Below are positions 9,514 through 18,494 of a DNA stretch of 47,213 bases, in pieces. Under the pieces are notes generated by a model. The model saw nothing but the letters and a program-made list of their open reading frames with translations, was not told the origin of the DNA and did not search any database. Every line of letters begins with the position of its first letter. Within the stretch, counting starts at the first letter, position 1. The stretch comes from Cryomorphaceae bacterium (GTDB lineage Bacteria > Bacteroidota > Bacteroidia > Flavobacteriales > BACL11). The stretch covers positions 1-47,213 of the forward strand of contig JACNFT010000055.1 of the NCBI GenBank assembly GCA_014384505.1, given 5' to 3'. Both the position numbers and the translations under genes were made by a program.

Positions 9514-11253
9514 TTAAAAATATTTTTCTAATTCGTTAGTTTGTAAATTAATTAAGGTAGTTTTTCCTAAGGGGCATATACTTGGGGTACTGCATTTTAA
9601 TAATTCAGTTTTTAAAGAAAGCATTTCTTGAGTACTGAGTTTCTTCTGTTCGCTTATGGCTAGGCTTATGGCAAGGCTTATGGCAAGACCATTATGTTGG
9701 ACAGTTTGTAGTTGTTCATTATTCTTGTGTTGTTCTATTAAACTTTCTATTACAAACTGCAAATTTTCTTCTTGGCATTCAGTAGGTATTCCAAGTATAG
9801 CTATGCTGTCATTTTCTCGTATTTCAAATGAAAATCCTACGGCTAATAAATCTCCTTTCAATTGCTTGATAATAGTTATATCATTCTTATTAAGGTGTAT
9901 TTCTTTTGGAAATAATAGTTGCTGAGATTGTCCCTTATTTTTGGAAAGAACAGCACTAAAATATTCAAATAAAATGCGTTTATGTGCTCTGCGTTGGTGC
10001 AATAAAACCATTCCTTCCTCTGTAGTAAAAGCAATAAATTTATTTCCAATTTGCATCACATCACTTGAATTGTTTTCTGGTTCAAGATGAGTTTTAACTT
10101 GTATTTCTTGTGAAATGGGTTGCTTATTAATTCTGAAATCATTAGCTTTTCCAAAAGGATTGTAGGAACTGTCTACTTTTATCTGTGGCTCCTTTATTGT
10201 TGCAGTACTCATACTTGGGCTAATATTCAAGGAAATTTCCTGAGAAAAATCCAAAGAAGGCGCTATGTTATATTGTCCTAATGATCTTTTTACACAAGCC
10301 CTCATAATAGCATAAATTGCTTGTTCATCCTCAAACTTTATTTCTGTTTTTGTTGGGTGGATATTAATGTCAATCAGTTTAGGGTCTATCTGAAGGTTAA
10401 TAAAGTAAGATGGAAAATAATTGCTTGGAATTAAATCCTCAAAAGCTTTACTCACAGCATGATGTAAGTAGTGATTTTTAATAAATCTACCATTCACAAA
10501 AAAGTATTGCTCACCTCTAGTTCTTTTAGCTGATTCTGGCTTTCCTATAAATCCGTTCAATTCAACAACTGAAGTTTCTTCTTCAATGGGTACTAACGTT
10601 TCGTTTTTCTTCCCCCCAATAATATTTACTATTCTTTGCCTAAAGTTTCCTTTTGTAAGGTGATAAATTTCAATATTATTATGAAATAGTTGCATCTTTA
10701 TTTTAGGATTTGCCAAGGCTATTCTTGTAAACTCTTCCGTAATATGACGCATTTCAACTGTATCTGATTTTAAGAAATTACGTCTAGCTGGGACATTATA
10801 AAATAGGTTTTTAACTTTTATTGAAGTTCCGTTTGCTGTGGCGCAATCGGTATGTTCTCTTATTTCACTTCCTTCAATTACTAAATGCGAACCTAATTCA
10901 TTGGTGGTTAATTTGGTATTTGCTTCTACATGCGCTATTGCAGCAATTGAGGCCATTGCCTCACCTCTGAATCCCATAGTTTGTATAGTAAACAAATCAT
11001 CCGCACTTTTTATTTTTGAAGTAGCGTGTCTTTCAAAACACATCCGCACATCTGTTTTGCTCATACCAGAGCCATTGTCTACTACTTGAAGCAAGGTTTT
11101 CCCTGCATCTTTTACATACAGCTTTATTTCACTTCCTCCAGCATCCAATGCATTTTCAAGCATTTCTTTTACAGCAGAAGCAGGTCTTTGGATGACTTCT
11201 CCTGCGGCAATTTGGTTAGCCACATGGTCTGGTAATAATTGTATAATATCCAA
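9514..11253 (-). CDS. mutL: DNA mismatch repair protein MutL
   Basis: 579 aa. GHKL ATPase motifs IAAGEV...ELLENALDAG-like (EMLENALDAG), DNGSGM, GFRGEA. C-terminal dimerisation domain. Apparent TTG start at 11253. Confidence 0.9.
   Translation of the reverse strand: MDIIQLLPDHVANQIAAGEVIQRPASAVKEMLENALDAGGSEIKLYVKDAGKTLLQVVDNGSGMSKTDVRMCFERHATSKIKSADDLFTIQTMGFRGEAMASIAAIAHVEANTKLTTNELGSHLVIEGSEIREHTDCATANGTSIKVKNLFYNVPARRNFLKSDTVEMRHITEEFTRIALANPKIKMQLFHNNIEIYHLTKGNFRQRIVNIIGGKKNETLVPIEEETSVVELNGFIGKPESAKRTRGEQYFFVNGRFIKNHYLHHAVSKAFEDLIPSNYFPSYFINLQIDPKLIDINIHPTKTEIKFEDEQAIYAIMRACVKRSLGQYNIAPSLDFSQEISLNISPSMSTATIKEPQIKVDSSYNPFGKANDFRINKQPISQEIQVKTHLEPENNSSDVMQIGNKFIAFTTEEGMVLLHQRRAHKRILFEYFSAVLSKNKGQSQQLLFPKEIHLNKNDITIIKQLKGDLLAVGFSFEIRENDSIAILGIPTECQEENLQFVIESLIEQHKNNEQLQTVQHNGLAISLAISLAISEQKKLSTQEMLSLKTELLKCSTPSICPLGKTTLINLQTNELEKYF
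9652..9687. repeat. in-frame 12-bp tandem repeat x3 inside mutL (encodes LAIS-LAIS-LAIS)
   Basis: gcttatggctag / gcttatggcaag / gcttatggcaag read directly; translates on the minus strand to (LAIS)3. Confidence 0.9.
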
Positions 11254-11266
11254 TGCTATTTTTGGC

Positions 11267-11506
11267 TTAAGTGATTATTAATTTGTAAGCTAGCAAAGAT
11301 AAAATAATAATCAGAAATAGAATCCTAAATTTTCTTGCTTTTTGTGGAGGAGATTTTAAATTGTTCCTTTTGAATTTCAAAGGAGATTTTTCTGCTTTTA
11401 ATAGTTGCTCTCTTCTTTCTTTACTCTCGTTATAATACCTTGGTTTAAATAAAAAATATTTTGAGCTAGGTGCTTTGAAAAAAGAAGGCAGTTTGGGTGC
11501 TTGCAT
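11267..11506 (-). CDS. small basic protein with C-terminal TM anchor (hypothetical)
   Basis: 79-aa ORF, Lys/Arg-rich, hydrophobic C-terminal FRILFLIIILSLLAYKLII. No family recognised. Confidence 0.45.
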   Translation of the reverse strand: MQAPKLPSFFKAPSSKYFLFKPRYYNESKERREQLLKAEKSPLKFKRNNLKSPPQKARKFRILFLIIILSLLAYKLIIT

Positions 11507-11612
11507 ACTGCGAAAATAATGAAAAAGGTTTTAATAATTTTGGTTAATAAGTATTGATTTTCAAATTGCAATTTGTTTTAAAAATCACAAACAATTTTTA
11601 TTTTTACCAGCT

Positions 11613-14552
11613 ATGAGAAAAATATTATTTCTATTTATTTTCACTACTATTCTAGTTAGTATTTCCAATGTTTTACAGGCACAAAATAAAGCTGTTTTTT
11701 TAAGTGATTCTACTCAGTGGGCCGACAGTGTAATAGCTACTCTTTCTCAGGATGAGCGTATTGCACAGCTTTTTATGGTAGCCGCTTATTCCAATAAAGA
11801 TGAATTGCATAAACAGCAAATTACTGATTTGGTTAAGCATTATAAAATTGGAGGTGTGATGTTTTTGCAAGGCGGTCCGGTAAGGCAAGCTAATTTTACA
11901 AATTATTTGCAGCAGCATGCTAAAGTTCCATTGATGATTGCCATTGATGCTGAGTGGGGAGTAGCTATGCGTCTTGATTCTGCTTTGCGTTTTCCTTGGC
12001 AAATGACACTTGGCGCAATTGAGGATACTACTTTGATTTATGATATGGGAGTAGAGGTGGCTCGCCAGTGTAAGCTTTTAGGAATTCACATTAATTTTGC
12101 TCCTGTTGTGGATGTAAATTCTAATCCTAAAAATCCAATTATTAATAATCGCTCTTTTGGTGAAAACCCTGATAAAGTGGCGAAAATGGGAGTCGCTTAC
12201 ATGAAAGGAATGCAAGATAATCATGTATTGGCGTGTGCGAAACATTTCCCAGGTCATGGCGATACAGATACTGATTCTCATAAAACCTTACCTGTTGTTA
12301 AGCATTTAAAGTACCGCTTGGAAGAAGTTGAGTTAGTTCCTTTTAAAAAATTAATTAATAACGGTTTGGGTTCTGTTATGGTGGCTCATCTTAATATTCC
12401 AGCATTGGATGATGCTAAAGATTTATCAGTATCCTTATCGCCTAAGGTTGTGATTGGGTTGCTGAAAGAGGAAATGGGCTTTACGGGTCTTACCTTTACT
12501 GATGCACTAAATATGAAAGGGGTAAGTCAGTTTTATAAGCCAGGTGAGGTAGATGTAAAAGCATTATTAGCTGGAAATGATGTATTGCTTTTTGCTGAAA
12601 ATGTACCCAAAGCAATTGACGAAATAAAGAAAGCAATTTCACAAAATAAAATCTCACAAGCTGAAATTGATGCTAGGTGCCATAAAATATTAATGGCAAA
12701 AAAGTGGATGGGATTAGATAATTATAATGCTGTAGATGTAAGTAAAGTAGCAGATGAGATTATTACTATTGAAACTAAGTTACTAGATAAAAAATTAGTA
12801 AAATCTTCAATAACATTATTGCAAAATTATGATGATTTATTGCCTTTAAAGCGCTTGGATACATTAAGGATTGCTTCAGTAAGTATTGGAGAGCAAGCTA
12901 ATGATTTTCAAACTATGTTGAGTAATTATGCTTCAATTACTCATTTTAAAATTGCTGAAAAAGCAACTATAAGTCAGCAAGCAGTTTTGTTGAATGAATT
13001 GTCAAAATATAATTTGGTGATAGTTAGTGTACATAAATCCAACGCTAATGCTTGGAAATCCTATGAAATTGATAGAAAAGCAGATATTTTTATGCAATCA
13101 ATTGCTATGCAGTCTAAAGTAGTAGTTTCAATTTTTGCGAATCCATATAGTTTAAACTCTTTTTTGTTTACTAATAATTTTGATGCTCTTGTGTTAGGAT
13201 ATCAAAATTCTAATATTGCACAAGAACAAGTTGCGCAAGCAATTTTTGGAGGAATAGGAATGAGCGGTAAAATTCCAGTAACTACCAAACATTTTGAGAT
13301 AAATTCAGGAATAAATACCAATGCATTAAGGATGTCTTATGTAAGTGCTGAAGAAATAGGATTTAATACTGAATTGCTCTACAAAGTAGATAGTATTGCT
13401 AAAAATGCTATTGCTCAAAAAGCAATTCCTGGTTGTCAGATTCTTATAGCAAAAGAGGGTAAAATATTCTTTAACAAATCCTATGGCTTTCATACTTATG
13501 ATGAAAAAATAGTGGTTAAGAACTCTGATGTATATGATATTGCATCTATTACTAAAATTGCAAGTACTGTTCCGCTTTTAATGCAAATGGTAGATAAAGG
13601 AGATTTGAATTTAGATGATAAATTAGGAAAATATTTGAAATTAGATTCAACTAATAAAGAACATTTAATTATCCGTGATATTTTAGCACACCAAGCAGGG
13701 CTTTATCCTTGGATTCCTTTTTACCAGCAAACTTTAGTTAAGGATTCTGTTTCAAGATTAATGCAGTTAAGAGATACGCTTTATAGTGAAGAGTTTAGTG
13801 CAGAATTCCCTATCAAAGTTGCAAATAATATTTATCTTCATTATTCATATCCTGACAGTATAATACAGCAAATTATTAATTCAGAATTATTAGAGAAAAA
13901 AGAATATCGTTATTCTGACTTGGGTTATTATTTGTTAAAACAGATCATTGAAAAGAAGTATGAAAAAGCTATTAATTCTATTGCTGCTGATGAATTCTAC
14001 ACTAAATTAGGAATGGAGAACTTAGGCTATTTACCTTTAGGTAGGGTCGCAGAAGAAAGAATAGTGCCAACTGAGGATGATTTTTTGTTTAGGAGTCAAT
14101 TGTTAAAAGGTTATGTACATGATATGGGTGCTGCTATGCAGGGTGGTGTAGGCGGTCATGCAGGGCTTTTTTCCAATGCTAATGATTTGGCAAAATTGAT
14201 GCAGATGTATTTGCAAAATGGAGAATATGCAGGTGAAAGATACTTGTCACAAGAAGTAGTAAGGGAATTTACAAAATGTCAATTTCCTAAAAATGAAAAT
14301 AGGAGAGGGGCTGGTTTTGATAAGACTGCTTTATCTGATCAAAAAGGAGGTCCTGCAAGTGAAAATGCAAATCAGGAAGGGTTTGGTCATTCAGGATTTA
14401 CAGGAACATTAGTTTGGGCCGACCCAAAAACTCAAATTGTTTATGTATTTTTATCCAATAGAATTCATCCTGATGCAACAAATAAAAAACTGTTAACTAT
14501 GGATGTGCGTACTAATATTATGGAGGTAATTTTTAAAAGTATTAATGACTAA
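11613..14552 (+). CDS. GH3 beta-N-acetylhexosaminidase (NagZ-like) fused to a serine beta-lactamase/PBP-like hydrolase domain
   Basis: 979 aa with signal peptide. GH3 motifs KHFPGHGDTDTDSH and FTDAL in the N-half. SxxK (ASITK), YSD and a HSGFTG box in the C-half. Confidence 0.85.
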   Translation: MRKILFLFIFTTILVSISNVLQAQNKAVFLSDSTQWADSVIATLSQDERIAQLFMVAAYSNKDELHKQQITDLVKHYKIGGVMFLQGGPVRQANFTNYLQQHAKVPLMIAIDAEWGVAMRLDSALRFPWQMTLGAIEDTTLIYDMGVEVARQCKLLGIHINFAPVVDVNSNPKNPIINNRSFGENPDKVAKMGVAYMKGMQDNHVLACAKHFPGHGDTDTDSHKTLPVVKHLKYRLEEVELVPFKKLINNGLGSVMVAHLNIPALDDAKDLSVSLSPKVVIGLLKEEMGFTGLTFTDALNMKGVSQFYKPGEVDVKALLAGNDVLLFAENVPKAIDEIKKAISQNKISQAEIDARCHKILMAKKWMGLDNYNAVDVSKVADEIITIETKLLDKKLVKSSITLLQNYDDLLPLKRLDTLRIASVSIGEQANDFQTMLSNYASITHFKIAEKATISQQAVLLNELSKYNLVIVSVHKSNANAWKSYEIDRKADIFMQSIAMQSKVVVSIFANPYSLNSFLFTNNFDALVLGYQNSNIAQEQVAQAIFGGIGMSGKIPVTTKHFEINSGINTNALRMSYVSAEEIGFNTELLYKVDSIAKNAIAQKAIPGCQILIAKEGKIFFNKSYGFHTYDEKIVVKNSDVYDIASITKIASTVPLLMQMVDKGDLNLDDKLGKYLKLDSTNKEHLIIRDILAHQAGLYPWIPFYQQTLVKDSVSRLMQLRDTLYSEEFSAEFPIKVANNIYLHYSYPDSIIQQIINSELLEKKEYRYSDLGYYLLKQIIEKKYEKAINSIAADEFYTKLGMENLGYLPLGRVAEERIVPTEDDFLFRSQLLKGYVHDMGAAMQGGVGGHAGLFSNANDLAKLMQMYLQNGEYAGERYLSQEVVREFTKCQFPKNENRRGAGFDKTALSDQKGGPASENANQEGFGHSGFTGTLVWADPKTQIVYVFLSNRIHPDATNKKLLTMDVRTNIMEVIFKSIND

Positions 14553-15690
14553 ACATTTAAAAATAGGGATTGTTTGTTACCCTACTTATGGGGGTAGTGG
14601 TGTTGTGGCTACTGAATTGGGTATTGCTCTGGCTGATAAGGGTAATGAAGTTCATTTTATTTCTTATGACCAACCTTTTCGGTTGGATTTATATTCTGAA
14701 AATATCTATTTTCATCAAGTAAATGTTCCTGATTATCCTTTATTTGAATATACTCCTTATGAGCTAAACCTTACTAGCAAGCTAGTAGATGTTGCTTTAC
14801 ATGAAAAACTAAATATATTGCATGTTCATTATGCAATACCTCATGCTTCAGCAGCTGTAAATGCTAAACAGATTTTAGCAACTTATGGTATTCATATTCC
14901 TATTGTAACTACTTTGCATGGCACAGATATAACGCTTTTAGGTAAGGATAAATCCTTTAAGCCGGTAATTGAGTACGCTATTAATCAATCAGATGCAGTT
15001 ACAGCTGTTTCTGAAGATTTAAAAGAAGAAACTTTATTGAACTTTAAGATTAAGGGTGAGATTAAGGTAATTCCTAATTTTATTGATATCAGTTTGTATA
15101 AGCAAGAGTGCAATCAGCTCCTAAGGGATAAATTTGCAAAAAAGGAAGAAGCAATTTTGGTGCATATTTCTAATTTTAGAAAAGTAAAAAGAGTGCAAGA
15201 TGTAGTAAAGATTTTTGAAAAGGTAAATAAGCAAGTTCCATCAAAATTATTGATGATTGGTGATGGACCTGAACGCTTAAAGGCAGAACAGTTGTGCAGA
15301 AAGTTAGGGATTGCTAAAAACGTAAGATTCTTAGGGAAACTAAAGGTAATCGAAAAATTTCTTTGTATTGCTGATGTATTTGTTTTACCTTCTGAAACAG
15401 AAAGCTTTGGATTGGTTGCTTTGGAAGCAATGGCGAGTAGAGTGGCTGTAATATCCACTAATAGTGGAGGATTGCCAGAAGTAAATATTGATGGGAAGAC
15501 AGGTTATTTATCGGATGTTGGGGATGTGAATAAAATGGCAAATGATACTATTGATCTACTAAAGGATGCTGACAAGTTAAATCAATTTAAAAATAACGCT
15601 TTAGCGCATGCTAAAACTTTTGACTTACCAAATATACTACCACAGTATGAGCAAATATATCAAGAGCTTTCTTGTGAAATGAATAAATGA
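14545..15690 (+). CDS. bshA: N-acetyl-alpha-D-glucosaminyl L-malate synthase BshA (GT4; bacillithiol biosynthesis)
   Basis: 381 aa. KIGIVCYPTYGGSGVVATELG N-terminus and E..FGLV.LEAMA GT4 motif are characteristic of BshA. Confidence 0.8.
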   Translation: MTKHLKIGIVCYPTYGGSGVVATELGIALADKGNEVHFISYDQPFRLDLYSENIYFHQVNVPDYPLFEYTPYELNLTSKLVDVALHEKLNILHVHYAIPHASAAVNAKQILATYGIHIPIVTTLHGTDITLLGKDKSFKPVIEYAINQSDAVTAVSEDLKEETLLNFKIKGEIKVIPNFIDISLYKQECNQLLRDKFAKKEEAILVHISNFRKVKRVQDVVKIFEKVNKQVPSKLLMIGDGPERLKAEQLCRKLGIAKNVRFLGKLKVIEKFLCIADVFVLPSETESFGLVALEAMASRVAVISTNSGGLPEVNIDGKTGYLSDVGDVNKMANDTIDLLKDADKLNQFKNNALAHAKTFDLPNILPQYEQIYQELSCEMNK

Positions 15691-16262
15691 AGAAAATAGG
15701 ATTAACAGGAGGTATTGGAGTAGGAAAAACTTACGTAAGTAAGATTTTTCAAAAAATGGGTATTCCTATTTTTAATGCAGATGAACAGGCAAAAAAATGC
15801 ATGGTTGATGATGCAAATCTTAAGGCTGCTGTTCAATTAGCTTTCGGAGAAAATATGTATTTAAAAGGAGTTCTTCAAAAAGAAGCATTAGCCAAAATTG
15901 TATTTAATAATACTGAAGCTTTAGCAGAGTTAAACGCTTTGGTTCATCCGATTGTAAAACAAAAATTTGAGGATTGGTGTTCTTTGCAATCTACCTCAAT
16001 GGTAATTAAAGAAGCCGCTATTTTATTTGAATCAGATGCTCATTTAGGTTTAGATTCAGTTGTTTGTGTAAGTTCACCTGAAAATCTGAGAATTGAAAGA
16101 GTGCAAAAGCGAGATGGAAGCTCAGTTGAGCAAATTCAAAGTAGGATAAGTAAGCAAATGCCACAAGCTGAAAAAGAAGAATTAGCTGATTTTTTAATTG
16201 TTAATGATCAGGTGCAATTATTGCTGCCTCAAGTTTTAGCAATTATTAAAGAAATGGAGTAA
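15687..16262 (+). CDS. coaE: dephospho-CoA kinase
   Basis: 191 aa. P-loop GLTGGIGVGKT; size and layout typical of CoaE. Confidence 0.85.
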   Translation: MKKIGLTGGIGVGKTYVSKIFQKMGIPIFNADEQAKKCMVDDANLKAAVQLAFGENMYLKGVLQKEALAKIVFNNTEALAELNALVHPIVKQKFEDWCSLQSTSMVIKEAAILFESDAHLGLDSVVCVSSPENLRIERVQKRDGSSVEQIQSRISKQMPQAEKEELADFLIVNDQVQLLLPQVLAIIKEME

Positions 16263-16866
16263 TATCCCCTTTTCCTTTACGGATTATTTCAGGAGTATTA
16301 TTAGTGCAATCCACAATAGTAGATGGAATTGCCTCTCCATATCCTCCATCAATTACGATATCTACAAGTTTGTTAAAATGTTCGTAAATTAGCTCAGGGT
16401 CAGTGCTATATTCTATTAGCATGTCCTTGTCTTTTACTGATGTGGTCGCTATTGGGTTTCCTAATTCTTTTACAATTTCTCTAGGGATATTATTGTCAGG
16501 TATACGAATTCCAATTTCTTTTTTTGAGTTTTTGAATAGCTTGGGAATTGAATTATTGGCTTCCAAAATAAAGGTATAAGGTCCAGGTAATGTTTTTTTC
16601 ATCAACTTGTAAGTTGAGGTTGCTAATTGCTTAGTAAAAGCCGCAATATGACTTAAATCATAACACACAAAGGCAAGGTTATGTTTCTTTATATCTAAAC
16701 CTTTTATACGGCATATTCTTTCCATAGCTTTTTTATTATTTACATCACAACCAATTCCGTAAACGGTATCAGTAGGATAAATAATAACACCTCCATTTCT
16801 TAGGCAGTCTACTACTTTTTTTATTTCCTTAGGGTTCGGGTTTTCAGGGTATATGCGTAATAACAT
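16246..16866 (-). CDS. tsaC: L-threonylcarbamoyladenylate synthase (TsaC/YrdC/Sua5 family)
   Basis: 206 aa. PTDTVYGIGCD, KGLDIKKHNLAF, LPGPYTFIL motifs of the YrdC domain. Confidence 0.85.
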   Translation of the reverse strand: MLLRIYPENPNPKEIKKVVDCLRNGGVIIYPTDTVYGIGCDVNNKKAMERICRIKGLDIKKHNLAFVCYDLSHIAAFTKQLATSTYKLMKKTLPGPYTFILEANNSIPKLFKNSKKEIGIRIPDNNIPREIVKELGNPIATTSVKDKDMLIEYSTDPELIYEHFNKLVDIVIDGGYGEAIPSTIVDCTNNTPEIIRKGKGDITPFL

Positions 16867-16985
16867 TATGAAATAATATATTGAATAATAAAATAGAGTA
16901 TTGTCAGATCAATAAATAATAGAATTCCAAAAAGAGTTGGGTTCTGATCATATAGTTCCTTTAATTTTTCCCAAATATTTTTCAT
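16866..16985 (-). CDS. possible 39-aa membrane micro-protein, translationally coupled to tsaC
   Basis: Manual translation gives MKNIWEKLKELYDQNPTLFGILLFIDLTILYFIIQYIIS. Its TAA stop shares one base with the tsaC ATG (TAATG). Below the track cut-off and unsupported by homology. Confidence 0.2.
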   Translation of the reverse strand: MKNIWEKLKELYDQNPTLFGILLFIDLTILYFIIQYIIS

Positions 16986-17019
16986 TGTTAATCTATTTTT
17001 TTTAAAGTCCAAACATAAT

Positions 17020-18432
17020 CTATCTTTTCTCCAAAACTACAATATTTTCAACATGATGTGTTTGCGGGAACATATCAACTGGTTGAATGTGGATGACTTT
17101 ATATTTTTCATCCATTAATGCTAAGTCACGGGCTTGTGTGGCGGAGTTACAACTTACATAGACAATTCTTTTGGCGCCAATCTTAAGGATTTGTTCCACT
17201 ACTTTTTTGTGCATCCCATCTCTTGGAGGGTCAGTAATTATCACATCAGGAGTTCCATTCTTTGCAATAAACTCATCTGTGAAAATCTCTTTCATATCAC
17301 CAGTATAGAAGGTGCAGTTTTTAATGTTATTGCGTTCTGCATTTTCATAAGCTGCTTTTATTCCTTCTTCAACAGAGTCAATGCCCACTACCTTTTTGGC
17401 TGATGTAGCCACATATTGTGCAATGGTTCCTGTACCGGTATATAGGTCGTATACTAAATCATTTTCATTGATTTGAGCAAGTTCTTTTGTTTTTCGGTAC
17501 AATATTTTTGCTTGTTCGCTATTGGTTTGGAAAAAAGATTTTGCTCCAATTTTAAAATGCAATCCATCCATTTCCTCCATGATATAATCTTCTCCATTAT
17601 AGCAAACAACATCTTGATCGTACATGGTGTTATTTGCTTTTTGATTTACAATATAAAGCAATGAAGTAATTTCAGGAAAAGAGATTTTTATGTGTTCCAT
17701 TAACAGATTGATATTCTTTTTATCATTTTCATAAAACTGAACTAATACCATCAAATCATTAGTGGAGGAAGTCCTAACCATTAAGTTTCTCAGTAACCCT
17801 TCTTGGTTTCTAATATCAAAATAAGTTAGTTTGTTTTCATCAGCAAATTGCTTAACGGACAAACGAATAGCGTTAGAAGGCTCTTTTTGTAAATGGCAAT
17901 TGTTAAGGTTAATTACTTTGTCGAACATCCCAGGGACATGAAATCCCAGGGCATCTTTATCTTCAATTTCTGCTTCCGATTGTACTTCTTCTACGGTAAG
18001 CCATCTTTTATTAGAGAAAGTAAACTCCATTTTATTTCTATAAAAATATTCGTTTTCACATCCTAATATTTCCGAATGAGGTGGTAGTTCTATTCCTCCA
18101 ATTCTTTTTAGGTTGTTGAGAACCTCATTCTGCTTAAAATCTAGCTGGGATGCGTATTTCATGTTTTGCCATTTGCAACCGCCACAAGTCCCAAAATGTT
18201 CGCATTTTGGTTCTGTTCTTCTATCAGAATAGGTATGTATTTTCTCAATTCGAGCTTCCCAAAATTTCTTTCTTCTTTTAAAAACCGTAATATCACAAAT
18301 ATCTCCTGGCACACCTCCTTGTACAAAAATAGCTCTCCCTTCATGTTTAGCTACCGATTTCCCTTTGTTTGCAGTATCAATTATTTCAATATTTTCTATT
18401 AAAATAGGCTCTCTTCTATTTTGTCTTCCCAT
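17020..18432 (-). CDS. rlmD: 23S rRNA (uracil-5-)-methyltransferase RlmD/RumA
   Basis: 470 aa. TRAM-like N-terminus, Fe-S Cys cluster CEHFGTCGGCKWQ, SAM motif DLYTGTGT, catalytic YVSCN. Confidence 0.85.
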   Translation of the reverse strand: MGRQNRREPILIENIEIIDTANKGKSVAKHEGRAIFVQGGVPGDICDITVFKRRKKFWEARIEKIHTYSDRRTEPKCEHFGTCGGCKWQNMKYASQLDFKQNEVLNNLKRIGGIELPPHSEILGCENEYFYRNKMEFTFSNKRWLTVEEVQSEAEIEDKDALGFHVPGMFDKVINLNNCHLQKEPSNAIRLSVKQFADENKLTYFDIRNQEGLLRNLMVRTSSTNDLMVLVQFYENDKKNINLLMEHIKISFPEITSLLYIVNQKANNTMYDQDVVCYNGEDYIMEEMDGLHFKIGAKSFFQTNSEQAKILYRKTKELAQINENDLVYDLYTGTGTIAQYVATSAKKVVGIDSVEEGIKAAYENAERNNIKNCTFYTGDMKEIFTDEFIAKNGTPDVIITDPPRDGMHKKVVEQILKIGAKRIVYVSCNSATQARDLALMDEKYKVIHIQPVDMFPQTHHVENIVVLEKR

Positions 18433-18466
18433 TCGGCAAAAGTAGAGATTTACTAATTAATTCTAC

Positions 18467-18474
18467 TATATTTG
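18467..18474 (+). promoter_or_regulatory. -7 box TATATTTG (TAnnTTTG) upstream of rocD
   Basis: Exact match to the Bacteroidota -7 consensus, 21 nt upstream of the ATG at 18495. Confidence 0.45.
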
Positions 18475-18494
18475 CACTTCCTAAAATTTAAGAA

